DNA of 64,000 nucleotides, from the NCBI RefSeq assembly GCF_009914755.1, contig NC_060933.1. One strand, given 5' to 3'. Source of the stretch: the human T2T-CHM13v2.0 reference genome, Homo sapiens. Shown piece after piece: positions 43,478 to 58,684 of the stretch; position 1 is the stretch's first letter, and the number at the start of each line of letters is the position of its first letter. A program made the position numbers and the translations under genes. The notes under the pieces were generated by a model. The model saw only the letters and a program-made list of their open reading frames with translations. It was not told the DNA's origin and searched no databases.

Positions 43478-44399
43478 GTAAGTAGCATAGCCTCTATAGC
43501 TAAGGAAGCTCTCCATTCTCTCATTCTTACACTTTTGCATCACAAAAGAACAGGTCCAGCAAGGAAGGAATCCTCATGAGAAAGTAGGAATGGAGAATCC
43601 AAATGGGCAATGACAAAACTATCTTTCGTAGGAAAAGAGAAAAGGAGAGAAAAACAGAATACACTCTCACATAAAAAACCCTTTTTTTCCTGGTGATATC
43701 AAAAAATGTAAAAGAAAAAGAATCACCTGGAATCTAATCACCTATGTATTTTAAGTTTCTTGAGAGGGTCTGAGCTTCACGCATTAACATGGATTAATGT
43801 TAATCATTGTTTGATAGTATGTTAATATTAAATATATAATGTAAGCCATATTTTAAGATACTAAAATCTTAAAGGATACTAACAAAATTGGGCCATTAAT
43901 ATGCTAAGAAGGACAGCATAAGAAAAAGCAATTACAGGACAATTTCTCTAATACACATATATCATATATGAGATTATGCTAGCCTCATTAAATAATATAG
44001 GGATTATAACCTCTATTTCTATTCTCTGGAAGACTTGGATATGATTGGAATGATTTATTCCTTGAATGACTGGAAGTCTTCATTCGTGATGTTATTTGGG
44101 TCTGGAGTTTTCCATGTGGCAAGATGTTTCATTTCGGATTCAATTTCTTTCATAGCATAAGACTACGCAGGTCATTTTATTTTTGCCTAAATCAGTCTTA
44201 TAATTTGTACTTTCTAGAAAATTTTCATACTCATCTAAATTTTCAAATGTTTTGGCATGAAGTTGTTTATAATATACTCATAAGTTTTTGGAATCTGCAT
44301 TATCTTTAATAATTCCCTTAACTGTGTCTTAATAGTAGCAATTTCTACTAGTTTATTGTTCCTATCTATTTAATTCTGGAATAGAAAGGGAACAGAATT

Positions 44400-46533
<2,134 letters not shown>

Positions 46534-46633
46534 AAAGGGAACAGAATTTCCTTTCTTTCTTTCATACCACTCTGTAAAATGTCTACTGCCTTTTACCCTG
46601 AGAATGGCATGGTGGATTAAAGATGAACATATT

Positions 46634-46802
46634 GCCAGGTGCAGTGGCATGTGCCTGTAGTCCCAGCTACTTGGAAGGCTGAGACAGGAGGCTTGCTTGA
46701 GCCCGTGAGTTCAAGGCTGTATTGTCCTACCATCATGCTTGTGAATAGCCACTGCATTCTAGCCTGGGGAGCTGACTGAGACCCCATCTCTTAAAAAAAA
46801 AA
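46634..46802 (+). mobile_element. FRAM-like Alu monomer
   Basis: GCCTGTAGTCCCAGCTACTTGG...GTGAATAGCCACTGCA; flanks AAAGATGAACATA and AAAGATGACCATA. Confidence 0.8.
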
Positions 46803-46863
46803 GATGACCATACATTTCTTGATATTTCTCCCATGAAGTGAGGGGTCTAGCTCCCCCCATCTT

Positions 46864-47631
46864 TGTTAAAATATGCCCCGAGCTGACAGATGAAATGAAC
46901 TCTTGGGGCCAAAATGAGGCACACCAGAAATAGAATCAAGTGGCCACATCAGGGAGAAGGGTTGGGCATATACCCCTATATTACTAGCTGCCATAACATC
47001 TTCTGTCCTGTAATTGAACAGAAACTAACCCTCAAAAAAACATTGTTAAAACAGCTGCTGGGAGTTTCCCAGCTGCCCGATCCTACTGGATTGCCTAACA
47101 CCAGTCACTGGCAACTGGACTCACTACACAGCCCCTCTGCCCCCTCCCCACCTCCCACCAGCAGCTCTGAGTTGACAATAGACCTACTGTGTGAACTGTG
47201 TTTCCTGATAAACACCCACAGACCTTAAGCCAGTTTCACCAGGTTTACAGAACCTGTTCACGGAATGTTTTTGTGCCCCACAGAACATTTTTATGCCCTT
47301 CAGTTCACCTTTTGGTGTAAAGAGCCAAATTTTACCTCATTTTAACATTAAAATTTCACCCTAAAATGAGCCTAAAATATATATTACAAATATGTTTACT
47401 CATTGCATATATGCTTGACTTTCCTTGTAAATATTCACAAACTTTCCCCAAGCCTGCTAAATATGCACCTTAGACAGACTGAAAGATGTAAATGCCTCTT
47501 TTCCTCTCTCCTTCTTTGACCATACTTTCATTTTACATTGGAGGCTATGTCTTCCCATCTATAGATTTTTTAAAAAATAGAAAATAAGACTCTCCCATTT
47601 TCCTCCACAGATTTCATGGTCTTGTGTTAAC
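46864..47631 (+). mobile_element. ERV-type solo LTR (family unassigned)
   Basis: TGTTAA...TTAACA inverted termini; interrupts MLT1-like sequence. Confidence 0.55.
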
Positions 47632-48832
47632 ATTTCAAATCTGGTTTGGACAGTGAGTGCATTGACACATAGTGTATGGCAGGGGGGCCCCTGGCCAGTA
47701 CTGGTTCATGTCTTAAGAGGAATGAGGGCTCCTAAAATCCTTGGAATCTCTGAAGTGATAAGTGTCTTTTATAAATATTTGATTATATAACAATCCCTGT
47801 TGATTGCTCATTTGAAGATGCTACTACTTGTGTTCTCCAGAACACATGTTGGTAAATGATGCTTTAAATTTGTTAGGTTTTGATGTGGACTACAAAATCA
47901 TTAAATTCTGGTTCTAGTAATTGCCAAGGATCTTGTATTAGAATAATCATCCTGCATATAACAATTGTAAACTGTGGATTTGGTTAAAAATGCACACACT
48001 TGAAGTCATGGAGTTTAATCAAAAGCAGGGAAAATAATAGTAAGAACAACAACAGCACCTGAAAAAAACTTGATTCTTGAAAGGAGAGACTGCCCTGAGT
48101 GAGATTCACCTTGATACAGACTTTTCCCCAGATACATTTCCTAAGTTGGTGCAGTGCAGGGCAGCTAGACTTGAATGAAGAGCCACAGAATTATTGGCTT
48201 GAGATGTCAGAGGACGGAGTTCAGGGCTACCAGAACAGCTTGAAAATAATAGGCATAAATCTCATAAACTGGAGTGCCACAGTGTGGAGAGCCCCCAACT
48301 TTATATATAATCTCTCCTCAAATCCTTGACTAGCCTTTGAACTGGGCATGCATGAGAAAGACTGTAAACAGTTAAGTGGATATCAAGTTGGAAACCTGAA
48401 AAAAGATGAGCAGAGATTTCAGCTGCTGCCCATCACAAGGGAGGGAGAGACAGTTTGGAGTTTGGGTCCTACCAAGTTACTTTATGCTAGAACAACAAAC
48501 TCAAAGCTCTTCAGAGGAAAGGAACAAAATTCCGTGTCTAAAATTTGTCATTCACAATGTCCAATATACAATACTACCTTTTCTAATCATGCAAAACAAA
48601 CAAACAAAAAAACAAAAACGGGAAAATGTGACCTTCTAGTTCAGGGAAAAAAAAAAAGTAACAAATGAAAACCGAACCTGAGATAGTACAAAGCTTTTCA
48701 TGCTTTAATTAAAAGACAGAGATTCTCAGACTGGATAAAAAGCACAACTACATTCAGTCAACAATAGATGCACTTTAAATATAAAGGCATAAATTGAAAG
48801 TAAGAAACTGTGGCTAGGTGCAGTGGCTCATG

Positions 48833-49115
48833 CCTGTAATCCAAGCACTTTAGGAGGCCAAGGTGAGTGGATCACTTGAGCCCAGGAGTTTGAGACCAGC
48901 CTGTGCAACATAATGAGACTCCCATCTCTACAAAAAATAAACAAAAATAAGCCAGGTGTTGTGGTGTGAGCCTGTAGTCCTAGTTACTCAGGAGACTGAG
49001 GTAGAAGGATCACTTGAACCTGGGAGGCTGAGGCTACAGTGATTCGAGATCCAGCCACTGCATTCCTGCCTGGGTGAAAGAGCAGGATCCTATCTCAAAA
49101 ATAAATAAATAAATA
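48833..49115 (+). mobile_element. AluJ-like within an old L1M ORF2 (about 48660-51530)
   Basis: GGATCACTTGAGCCCAGGAGTTTGAGACC; flanks AAAGTAAGAAACTG and AAAGTAAAAAACTG. Confidence 0.9.
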
Positions 49116-49459
49116 GAATTTTAAAAAAGAAAAAAAGTAAAAAACTGGAAAAAGGTATACAATGCAAACAATAAATATAAGAAATATTGGCATAGCTAGG
49201 TTAATGTCAGACAAAGAAAACATCAAAAAAGTAATTATTAGAGGTAAACAGAAATTTCTAGATAAAAGGTCAATTCAACCTAAGATATAATCATAAATAT
49301 ATATACCTAAAACAGAGACTCAAGATAAATGAAACAAAATCAAAGCCAAGATAGAAATAGGCAATATCACAAACATAGATAGGGATTTTAATACAGAACT
49401 CTCAGAAATTGATAGAACAAATACAAAATCAGTAAGAATCCAGAAGATCCAAATGACAC

Positions 49460-50956
49460 TGTGTCCGGAATTGGTGGGTTCTTGGTCTCACTGACTTCTA
49501 GAATAAAGCCGCGGACCCTCGCGGTGAGTGTTACCATTCTTAAAGGCGGCTTGTCCAGAGTTTGTTCCTTCTGATGTTCGGTTGTGTTCGGAGTTTCTTC
49601 CTTCTGGTGGGTTTGTGGTCTTGCTGGCTCAGGAGTGAAGCTGCAGACCCTCGCGGTGAGTGTTACAGCTCTTAAGGCGGCACGTCTGGAGTTGTTCGTT
49701 CCTCCCGGTGGGTTCGTGGTCTCGCTGGCTCAGGAGTGAAGCTGCAGACCTTCGCGGTGAGTGTTACAGCTCTTAAGGCGGCACGTCTGGAGTTGTTCGT
49801 TCCTCCCGGTGGGTTCGTGGTCTCGCTGGCTTCAGGAGTGAAGCTGCAGACCTTCGTGGTGAGTTTTACAGTTCATAAATGCAGTGTGGACCCAAAGAGT
49901 GAGCAGTAGCAAGATTTATTGCAAAGAGCTAAAGAACAAAGCTTCCACAGTGTGGAAGGGGACCGGAGCAGGTTGCCACTGCTGGCTTGGGCAGCCTGCT
50001 TTTATTCTCTTATCTGGCCCCACCCACATCCTGCTGATTGGTCCATTTTACAGAGAGCTGATTGGTCCGTTTTGACAGGGTGCTGATTGGTGCGTTTACA
50101 ATCCCTGAGCTAGACACAAAAGTTCTCCATGTCCCCACTAGATTAGCTAAATACAGAGTGTCGACACAAAGGTTCTCCAAGTCCCCACCAGAGTAGCTAG
50201 AAACAGAGTGTCGATTGGTGCATTCACAAACCCTGAGCTAGACACAGGGTGCTGATTTGTGTGTTTACAAACCTTGAGATTGATAGAGAGTGCCGATTGG
50301 TGTATTTACAATCCCTTAGCTAGACATAAAGGTTCTCCAAGTCCCCAACAGACTCAGGAGCCCAGCTGGCTTCACCCAGTGGATCCCGCACTGGGGCCGC
50401 AGGTGGAGCTGCCTGCCAGTCCCGCACCATGCACCTGCACTCCTCAGCCCTTGGGTGGTCGATGGGACTGGGTGCTGTGGAGCAGGGGGAGGTGCTCATC
50501 AGGGAGGCTCGGGCTGCACAGGAGCCCATGGTTGGGGAGAGGGTCAGGCATGGTGGGCTGCAGGTCCCGAACCCTGCCCCGTGGGGAGACAGCTAAGGCC
50601 CAGTGAGAAGTAGAGCACAGCAGCTGCTGGCCCAGGTGCTAAGTCCCTCACTGCCCGAGGCCAGCAGGGCTGGCTGGCTGCTCCGAGGGTGGGCCCACCA
50701 AGCCCATGTCCACCTGGAACTTGTGCTGGCCTGCAAGCACCGTGTGCAGCCCCGGTTCCCACCTGCGCCTCTCTGTCTACACCTCCCCACAAGCTGAGGG
50801 AGCCGGCTCCGGCCTCGGCCAGCCCAAGAAGGGGCTCCCACAGTGCAGTGGTGGGCTGAAGGGCTCCTTAAGTGCTGCCATAGTGGGAGCCCAGGCAGAG
50901 GAGGCACTGAGAGCGAGCGAAGGCTGCGAGGGCTGCCAGCACGCTGTCACCTCTCA
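49460..50956 (-). mobile_element. LTR12C solo LTR (ERV9/HERV9)
   Basis: Minus strand begins TGAGAGGTGACAGCGTGCTGGCAG and ends CCAATTCCGGACACA. It carries GCTGATTGG repeats and U5 repeats; 4-bp TSD ACAC. Confidence 0.95.
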
Positions 50957-51574
50957 ACACCATCTACACAGCAACTGGTAGAACTAATAAATGAATAGAA
51001 CAGTCACAAGAGTTAAGTTCAATATACAAAAATGAATTGTATTTCTGTATTAATATAAACCATTTTTTTAAAAAAAATTCAGTTTGCAAAAGCACCAGAA
51101 AACATAATATACTTAGGAACAAATTTAATAAAATATATGTAGGACCTCTATGCTGACAACTTAGGAAACAGTGCTGGGAAAAAATAAAGACCTAAATAAA
51201 TAGTTTAAAGACTCGCTATTGTTAAAATTACAATTCTACACAAATTATCTATAGATTTAACGCCTTACCAATAAAAATCTTGTCTATTTTGAGACACTGA
51301 CAAATTGATTCTAAAATTGACATACAAATTCAAAAGATCTAGAATGGCCAAAACAATTTTTTAAAAAAATAAAACAGGTAGGGAATTTACATTACTTGGT
51401 TTAATAATCTACTTTAAAACTATAGTAGTCAAACCAATATAGTATTAGCGTAATAATAGACATTATAAATCAAAATAGTCTAAAAATAGATCCACATATG
51501 TACAGTTAGTTGATTTTCAACAAAGATTCAGTAATGTGTGCTTACTCATTCAAGAATATTAAATCTTCTGTAGA

Positions 51575-51792
51575 ACGGGGAATGGGAATCTTTTTGTTAA
51601 AGGGCCACAGAGTAAATATTCAAGACTTGCTGGCTATACTGTCTCTGCTGCAACTATTATACTCAGTTCAGCCTTTGTAGCAGGAATGCAGCTATAGATA
51701 ATATGTCCATGAAAGGTTACAGGTGTGTTAAACAAAACATTATTTATAAAAACCGATAGTGAGCCTGCAGGTCATAGTTTGCTTATCTCTGC
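51575..51792. mobile_element. MER58A-like hAT MITE
   Basis: TAAAGGGCCACAGAGTAAATATT...CTGCAGGTCATAGTTTGC. Confidence 0.75.
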
Positions 51793-51844
51793 TATAGAAC
51801 ATGGGAAAAACAAATACAGTGGATAAATGAAGCTAAATATGGTA

Positions 51845-52135
51845 ATAACCCTATGTGTCCATGGGTTCAATCAACTTTGGATTGAAAATATTAGGAAAAA
51901 TACTGCATCAGTACTGAACATGTTCAGACATTTTTCCTTGTTATTATTCCCTAAACAATATAGCATAACAACTATTTAATAACTAATCTAGAGATGATTT
52001 AAAGTACAGGGGAGGAAGTGCATAGCTTATATGCAAGTACTATGCCATTTTATATCTAGGACTTGAGCATCTTTGGGTTTTGGTGTCTGCAGGAGTTTCT
52101 TAGATCCAATCTTCCACAGGTACTGAGGGATGACA
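51845..52135. mobile_element. Tigger3a-like Tc-Mar DNA element
   Basis: GTACTGAACATG...TTATTCCCTAAACAATA...CTAGAGATGATTTAAAGTA...GGACTTGAGCATC. Confidence 0.8.
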
Positions 52136-52259
52136 AAGCAAGTGGCTTGTGAGACATGTTAACACAAATAAAGTAAGTGGACTGGAACATCTGTGTTTTG
52201 TTTATACATAAAAGGATAGAAGAGCTCAGAAGGACCACATGGGTACTGAATATTCGTAA

Positions 52260-52988
52260 TGTGTCTGGAATTGGTTCCTTCCAGTGGGTTCTTGGTCTGG
52301 CTGATTTCAAGAATGAAGCCACGGACCCTCGCAGTGAGTGTTACAGTTCTTAAAGATGGTGTGTCCAGAGTTTGTTCCTTCAGATGTTTGTAGTCTTGCT
52401 GACTTCAGGAGTTAAGCTGCAGACCTTCACAGTGAGTGTTACAGCTCTTAAAGGTGGCACGTCCGGAGTCGTTCATTCCTCCTGGTGAGTTCATAGTTTT
52501 GCTGACTTCAGGAGTGAAGCTGCAGACCTTCGTGGTGAGTGTTACAGCACATAAAGTTAGTGCGGACCTAAAGAGTGAGCAGCAGCAAGATTTATTGCAA
52601 AGAGCAAAACAACAAAGCTTCCACAGGGTGGAAGGGGACCCAAGTGGGTTGCTGCTGCTGGCTCGGGGGCCTGCTTTTATTCCCTTATTTGGCCCCACTC
52701 ACATCCTGCTTAGTCCGTTTTACAGAGTGCTGATTGGTCCGTTTTACAGAGTGCTGATTGGTCCATTTTTACAGAGTACTGATTGGTACATTTACAAACC
52801 TTTAGCTAGACACAGAACACTGTGGTGCATTTACAATCCTTTAGCTAGACAGAAAAGTTCTCCATGTCTCCTACCTTATTAGCTAGACACAGAGCGCTGA
52901 TTGGTGCATTTACAATCCTACATAGCTAGCCAGAAAAGTTCTCCAAGTCCCCTACCCGACGCAGAAGCCCAGCAGGCTTCACCTCTCA
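52260..52988 (-). promoter_or_regulatory. 3' LTR (LTR12-type, 729 bp) preceded by the polypurine tract AGAGGGGGGAT (52989-52999)
   Basis: TGAGAGGTGAAGC...CCAATTCCAGACACA termini with CCAAT repeats. Confidence 0.92.
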
Positions 52989-53019
52989 ATCCCCCCTCTA
53001 AACAGGACACCCCAACTGC

Positions 53020-54875
53020 TGTTGGGAATTTGCCCAGTGACCGCTCTAGCTACTTCCTGCTGGATAGGGGCGAAGTAGCGGCCCTGCAGTTGTAGTGTCC
53101 TCCAGAGGGGAACTCTTTAGGCCAGTGGAAGGGCCAGTGGGTCGGTCCAGGGGTCCTCAGTAGAAGTTGTTAGTTGAACTCATTTGGGGTTCCATTTGTA
53201 AGATCGTCTGTAGCTTGATGGCCTCCATTCTAGAGGAAACAAATTTGACAACAAGGTTAAAAATAAAGGGCCCAAAGGCGAGTAATAACAAGATGGCTGC
53301 CACGGGACCTAGAAAGGGGAGAAGCCATGTTGCCCAACTCCAGAGGTTGGTATAATAGTTTGAAAGGCGTTGTCTGATTTCAGAAGCCTTTTCCTGTAAA
53401 TGCCAGGTGGCATCTCTTACTATCCCTGACTAGTTAGTGTAGAAACAACACTCTTCCCCTAAGAAGGTGAAGAGTCCTCCTGTCTCAGCAGTGAGGAGGT
53501 CTAGGCCTCAGCGGTTTTGGAGCATCACTGCTGACAAAGAGTCTGTTTGGGACTGTAAAGTAAGGATAGGTTTCGTTATTTCTTGCAAACTGTCTGAGAA
53601 ATCCTTTGAGAGTGTGTGGTAATAGGATAATGAAGTGGATAAACTGGCTATTCTGGTTCCTGTAGCAGTAGCCATTCCTAACCCTGTAAGTAGGGGCATT
53701 AGTTGTATGGCTCTGTGCTGACGGACTTGAGCTTTGAGGGGTACTAATAAGGTCTGATTTCCTGGGGCAATGTTAATGTTGGCACTTAGAAAGACTAAGG
53801 TGCAAGTGCCTGTCCAGTTAGTGGGGAGGCATATATAGGTCGATGTTCCACATAAGAAGAATATACCTTGACTGGTATATACCTTGAACGGGTTGTGTAT
53901 GTTAAAAAGATGAAAAGGTGTGTGAATTTGTTGTTTTCATTTTCCCATACCTTAGAGTACTTGCTAAGGTAGCTCCAGTGAATGGCTGGAAAGGGGTGTT
54001 GGGAGTGAACTGAGTGGCTCCCTGTGTTCTGTTTTCCCATTGGAGAAAAAACTGTTTTGTATCTAGTAGGAACCATTCGAGAGAGTGATTGAAAGAGGGG
54101 ATGAGAAGGCATTCACTAATGATGGAGGTGCTGCTGCAGGGGATCCAGGGGTGAATGGTCATGCAGGGAGTATGTTTGCCATTATAAAACCTGGACTGTT
54201 TGTTAAGCAGGGAGGAGATGATGATTTTTGGGGACCCTGAGAAGCAGACAAGCCATCTGAATGGAGCTGTTTGGGTGACTCAGAAGTTACTATGATCAGC
54301 TGGGGTTGGAAGTTGTAGGGTGTAGTTACACTGATGGGGTAGTAGGTGCCCCAGGGGCAGGCCTGATAACAGGTTGCATTGGATGCATAAAGGGGCTTGG
54401 AAAGTTAAGATGGTATTCGTAGTTACAGGACCGTGTATGGGCTTTTCATTGCTTTTGTAATAGGTGAGGTTGGAAATGTAAGAACGTAAAAGTTGGATTG
54501 CACATCCCGTTAGGGTAATTTTGGTCCTATCAGAGATGGGGAAGTTGGCTAATGATTGCATATTTAGAAGTTGGAAAGGGTCTTTTCCTTCTAACGAGGA
54601 TAGTAGGTTAAATTGGTAAAGATCCAGTTTTTTGTGGGAATGGGAGTGGCAACGTAAGCAGAGGTTGATAGAGAGATAAAAAGCCAACAGTCATTTGCCA
54701 GGGAAGGATTGGACTGGTTTAACAGAGAGTGGGTTAAGTTGAGAGTCTTGTAGAGGTAATAAGGAGCTAGGGGAAGGCGAGAGGTGATTGTATGAAGTAT
54801 CCAAGGAAGCAGGAGGGGTAGATAGGCAAAGAGTAAATAGGAAGGTAAAGAGGGTACTCTGGAAGACGAGATCAT
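53020..54875 (-). pseudogene. env: HERV9 env, disrupted
   Basis: Signal peptide MISSSRVPSLPSYLLF, CWLF (from CWLC), RQHR/AIQL cleavage site, fusion peptide, and LQNR*GLDLL immunosuppressive domain with a stop; several frameshifts. The 3' boundary is approximate. Confidence 0.9.
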
Positions 54876-55099
54876 TTTATACAGGCTGAGTTAAAGGTAG
54901 GAGTAAATTGCTGTCAGAAGGAAGGAAGATAGAAAGAAGGTTGATGTGATTAGGATTTTCATCGCAGCAGGAGCTACAGTATATAGTCCTATCACAAAGA
55001 GTATAGGTAGTATGCTGCTTAATAATACGATGAAATAGTAAAAGGATTCCATTAAAGGGGCAAGCAGAGGTGTTAAAGATAAAGATTATGTAGGTTTTC

Positions 55100-58000
55100 A
55101 CTTATCTTTTTTAAGGAGTAAGGGGTTTTTCTTCAGGATCAGTGTTACGAGCCTTTTTAGTCTGGGATGTTTCCTTCTGAAATAGGAGATGCAAGTCCTC
55201 CAATGGTTTGCAGGAGTATCGAGGCTGGTCTGACTGATCTTGGGACTCCTGAACTGATGGTCCCGCAGGTTCCTTAGGGGATGTCCAAAATTTAACTCAG
55301 GTGTGGTGAATCCAAGATTCTACTCCTGCCACCTTAACTGCAGTGGGGATAGAGAGGAATATTGAGTATGGCCCTTTCCACAGAGTCCATAGGTGGGGAG
55401 GAAAAGGGGAGAGATTTGACCAACACTAGATCTCCTGGTTGAAACAACTCTGTTCCCTTTTCTCTGTGACATCCTTCAGGTAGGTTTTTAAGGTTTAGTT
55501 GATATTTTGCCAAAGAAGTTATATCTTTGACCAAGTTGGCTATTTCCTGATCAAGTAGGAGGTCATTTCTGAGAAAAGGTCATCCATACATCATTTCATA
55601 TGGACCGAGCTCTGTTTTGTGAGGAGAATTTCAGATTCTCAACAAGGCCATGGGCAAAAGAGTAGGCCATGGGAGATGAGTTTCTTGTGTTAGTTTCCTA
55701 AAGTGCCTCTTGAGTGTTTCATTTGCCTGCTCAGCCTTCCATGTGGATTGTGGCCGCCAGGCACATGAAGGTGATATTGTATCCCTAGAGCCCTGGAAAT
55801 TCCCTGAGTTATCGTGGCTTTAAAAGCCGGACCATTGTCACTCTGTAAGCTTTGAGGAAGCCCAAATCTAGGAATTATTTCATGAATTAGGGCTTCAATC
55901 ACTTCCTGAGCCTTCTCTGTCTTGCAGGGGGAAGCTTCTAACCAATTTGTAAAGGTATCAACACAGACCAACAAGTATTGAAATCCCTTTGACTTAGGCA
56001 TATGAGTGAAGTCTAACTGCCAGTCCTCACCAGGATAGTGACCTATTCTTTGTTACCCCAAAGGGGCCTTATGATGGACCGAGGGAATATTCCTTTGGCA
56101 CACCTCACAGGCTTTGACTACCTGTTGGATGGTCTGGAGAAGATTTGGCCCTGTAAATAGGGATTTGGCCATTTGATGAGTGTTTTCAATACCCATATGG
56201 AAAGTTTGGTGGAGGGTTTTAAGTATTTTCCACTGGCTGGCTTCGGGTATAAGTACCTTTCCTTCTTCTGTCATTAACCACCCTGAGGAGAGAAAACTCT
56301 GCCCCCATGAAAGTCCCCATTCTGTTTCAGTTGGGGAATACTGGGGCTTAATCTCTTGGAGGGGGTTGTTCCATACCAAGGGTCCTTCCATAGGTATTTC
56401 TAATGGGAGCTTCTGCCTGGCAGCAGTTTTGGCCTCAGCATCTGCCCAGCGGTTTCCTTCTGCCTTTTCTCCTTCACCTTTCTGATGGCTTTGGCAGTGT
56501 AAGACTGCCACCTCCTTGGGTTTTTGCATTGCATGCAATAACTCCGTAATTTCCTTGTGGTATTTAATGGGGGTTCCCCCAGAGGTTAGGAACTCCCTTT
56601 CTTTCCATATTGCAGCATGGGCATGTAGGATTAGATAAGTATACTTGCTATCTGTATACACATTTATTCTTTTTCCCTTTCCCAGTTCTAAGGCTTGGGT
56701 AAGTGCCACTAGTTCTGCTAACTGGATGCTGGTCCCTGGGGGAAGAGGCTTACTTTCAAGTATGGTTATATCACTAACTATGGCATAACATGCCCTTTGT
56801 ATCCCATTCTCCACAAATGAACTTCCATTGGTGTATAGATTAAGGTCAGGATTAGCTAAAGGGACTTCTAAGAGATCATCTCGGGCAGCATAAGTCAGGA
56901 CTATAATTTGTTGGCAGTCATGCTCGATTGGTTCCCCATCCTCTTGGAGAAAATGGCAGGGTTGAGGGCCACACACATATGTATTTGAAGAACCAGTCCC
57001 TCAAGGAGTAGCTCCTGGTATCTAAGTAGGCAGTTGTCTGATAGCCATAAACTTCCTTTGGCACCTAGTATGCCATTTACATCATGAGTAGTCCAGACAG
57101 TGAGATCGTTTCCTTGTATTATTTTGATAGCCTCTGACACTAAGTTAGCTGCCACCACAACTACTCTTAAACAGTGAGGCCAGCCTTTTGCTACTACATC
57201 AATTTCCTTACTTAGGTATGCCACTAGTTGTGGGGTTGTCCCATGAGTCTGAGTAAGGACTCCAAGAGCTATCCCTGCTCTCTCTGTGATGTATAAAGAG
57301 AAGTTTTGTCCTGTGGGAAGACTTAAAGCTGGAGCTTGTACTAGGGCCTGCTTTAAGGGTTTGAAGGCTGTTTCTGCCTCTGGTTCCCATTCTACTTGAT
57401 GAGTATTTGCCCTCTGAATCTCCTTGATTAGAGTATAGAGGGGCCTGGCTATCTCACTGTATCCGGGGATCTGTAGTTGGCAAAAGCCGGTGATTCCAAG
57501 GAACCCTCACAGCTGTTTTAATGTCTTAGGGTGAGGATAAGCCAGTATAGGCTGTATTTTTTCCTTGCTGAGGGTCCTGGTCCCTCTGGCTATGATTAAG
57601 CCTAGATATTTGACCTGCTGTAGGCAAAGCTGGGCCTTCGACGTAGACGGTTTTTACCCTTGATTAGCTAGAAAGTTCAAGAGATCTAGAGTAGCCTGCT
57701 GGCATGAGGCTTCTGAACTGGTAGCCAAAAGTAAATCATCCACATACTGAAGTACCAGAGTGCCTGGACTTGAGAAGTGGCCTAGATCTTGGGCTAGTGC
57801 CTGACCAAAGAGATGAGGGCTATCCCTACACCCCTGGGGCAAGACGGTCCACATAAGTTGGGACATGTGGTCTGTGGGATCCTCAAAGTCAAAGAGAAAC
57901 TGGGAGTCAGAGTGCAGGGGAATAAAGAAGAAGGCATCCTTGAGGTCCAGAACAGTGAACCACTATGCTTTCTCTGGTATTTGAGAGAGCAGGGTATAGG

Positions 58001-58684
58001 TGTTGGGTACAACTGGATATAGAGGAATTACTGCCTCATCGCTGTGAGTCTAAGATCTTGCACTAGTCTCCACCGACCGTTCGGTTTTTGTACTCCTAGA
58101 ATTGGGGTGTTGCAGGGACTGCTGCATTTCCTTACTAAGCCTTGAGCTTTTAAATGTTTAACAATATCCTGTAATCCTTTATGAGCTTCAGGCCTTAAGG
58201 GATATTGCCTTTGATAAGGAAAAGTGGTGGGATCTTTCAGCCTGATTTGGACTGGGCAGGCACTTTTTGCCCTTCCAAATTGTCCTTCCAATGCCCAGAC
58301 TTCAGGGTTGGTTCCCTCTTCAAGTAGGGGACAACAAATGGGTAACTTGTTCCCCATATTCATGTAGATAATAGCTCCAGCTTTGGCTAATATATCCCTC
58401 CCTAAGAAGGGTGTGAGACTTTCAGGCATGACAAGAAAAGCATGTGAAAAGAGCAAAGTCTCCCAATTACAACTGAGGAGGTGGGAGAAATACCTGGTTA
58501 CAGGCTGTCCCAGGATTCCTTACATGGTAATGGACCTTGAGGACAGTCATCCAGGACAGGAGATTAACACTGAGAAGGCCGCACCAGTGTCCAGGAGGAA
58601 GTCAATTTCCTGGCCCTCAATGGTTAAATGTACCCAGGGCTCAGTGAGGGTGATGACATGAGCTGGTGCTTGCCCCGGGCACCC
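55100..58684 (-). pseudogene. pol: HERV9 pro-pol (protease, RT, RNase H, integrase), disrupted
   Basis: FLLDTGA protease site, SPCNTPIL, LPQG, YVDDLLL, RNase H (QLAELVAL, YTDS), integrase HHCC, VDTF and SDNG motifs, spread over several frames. Confidence 0.93.

Noticed and set aside
49480-50340. Regularly spaced repeats resembling a CRISPR-like array (also in 52260-52988 and 61411-62423)
   Set aside because: They are whole-unit tandem repeats of LTR12 U3/U5 with no unique spacers, a known ERV9 feature in a eukaryotic context.
50259-50981. GC-rich ORF cluster or CpG-island-like host promoter
   Set aside because: It lies entirely within the LTR12C U3 region.
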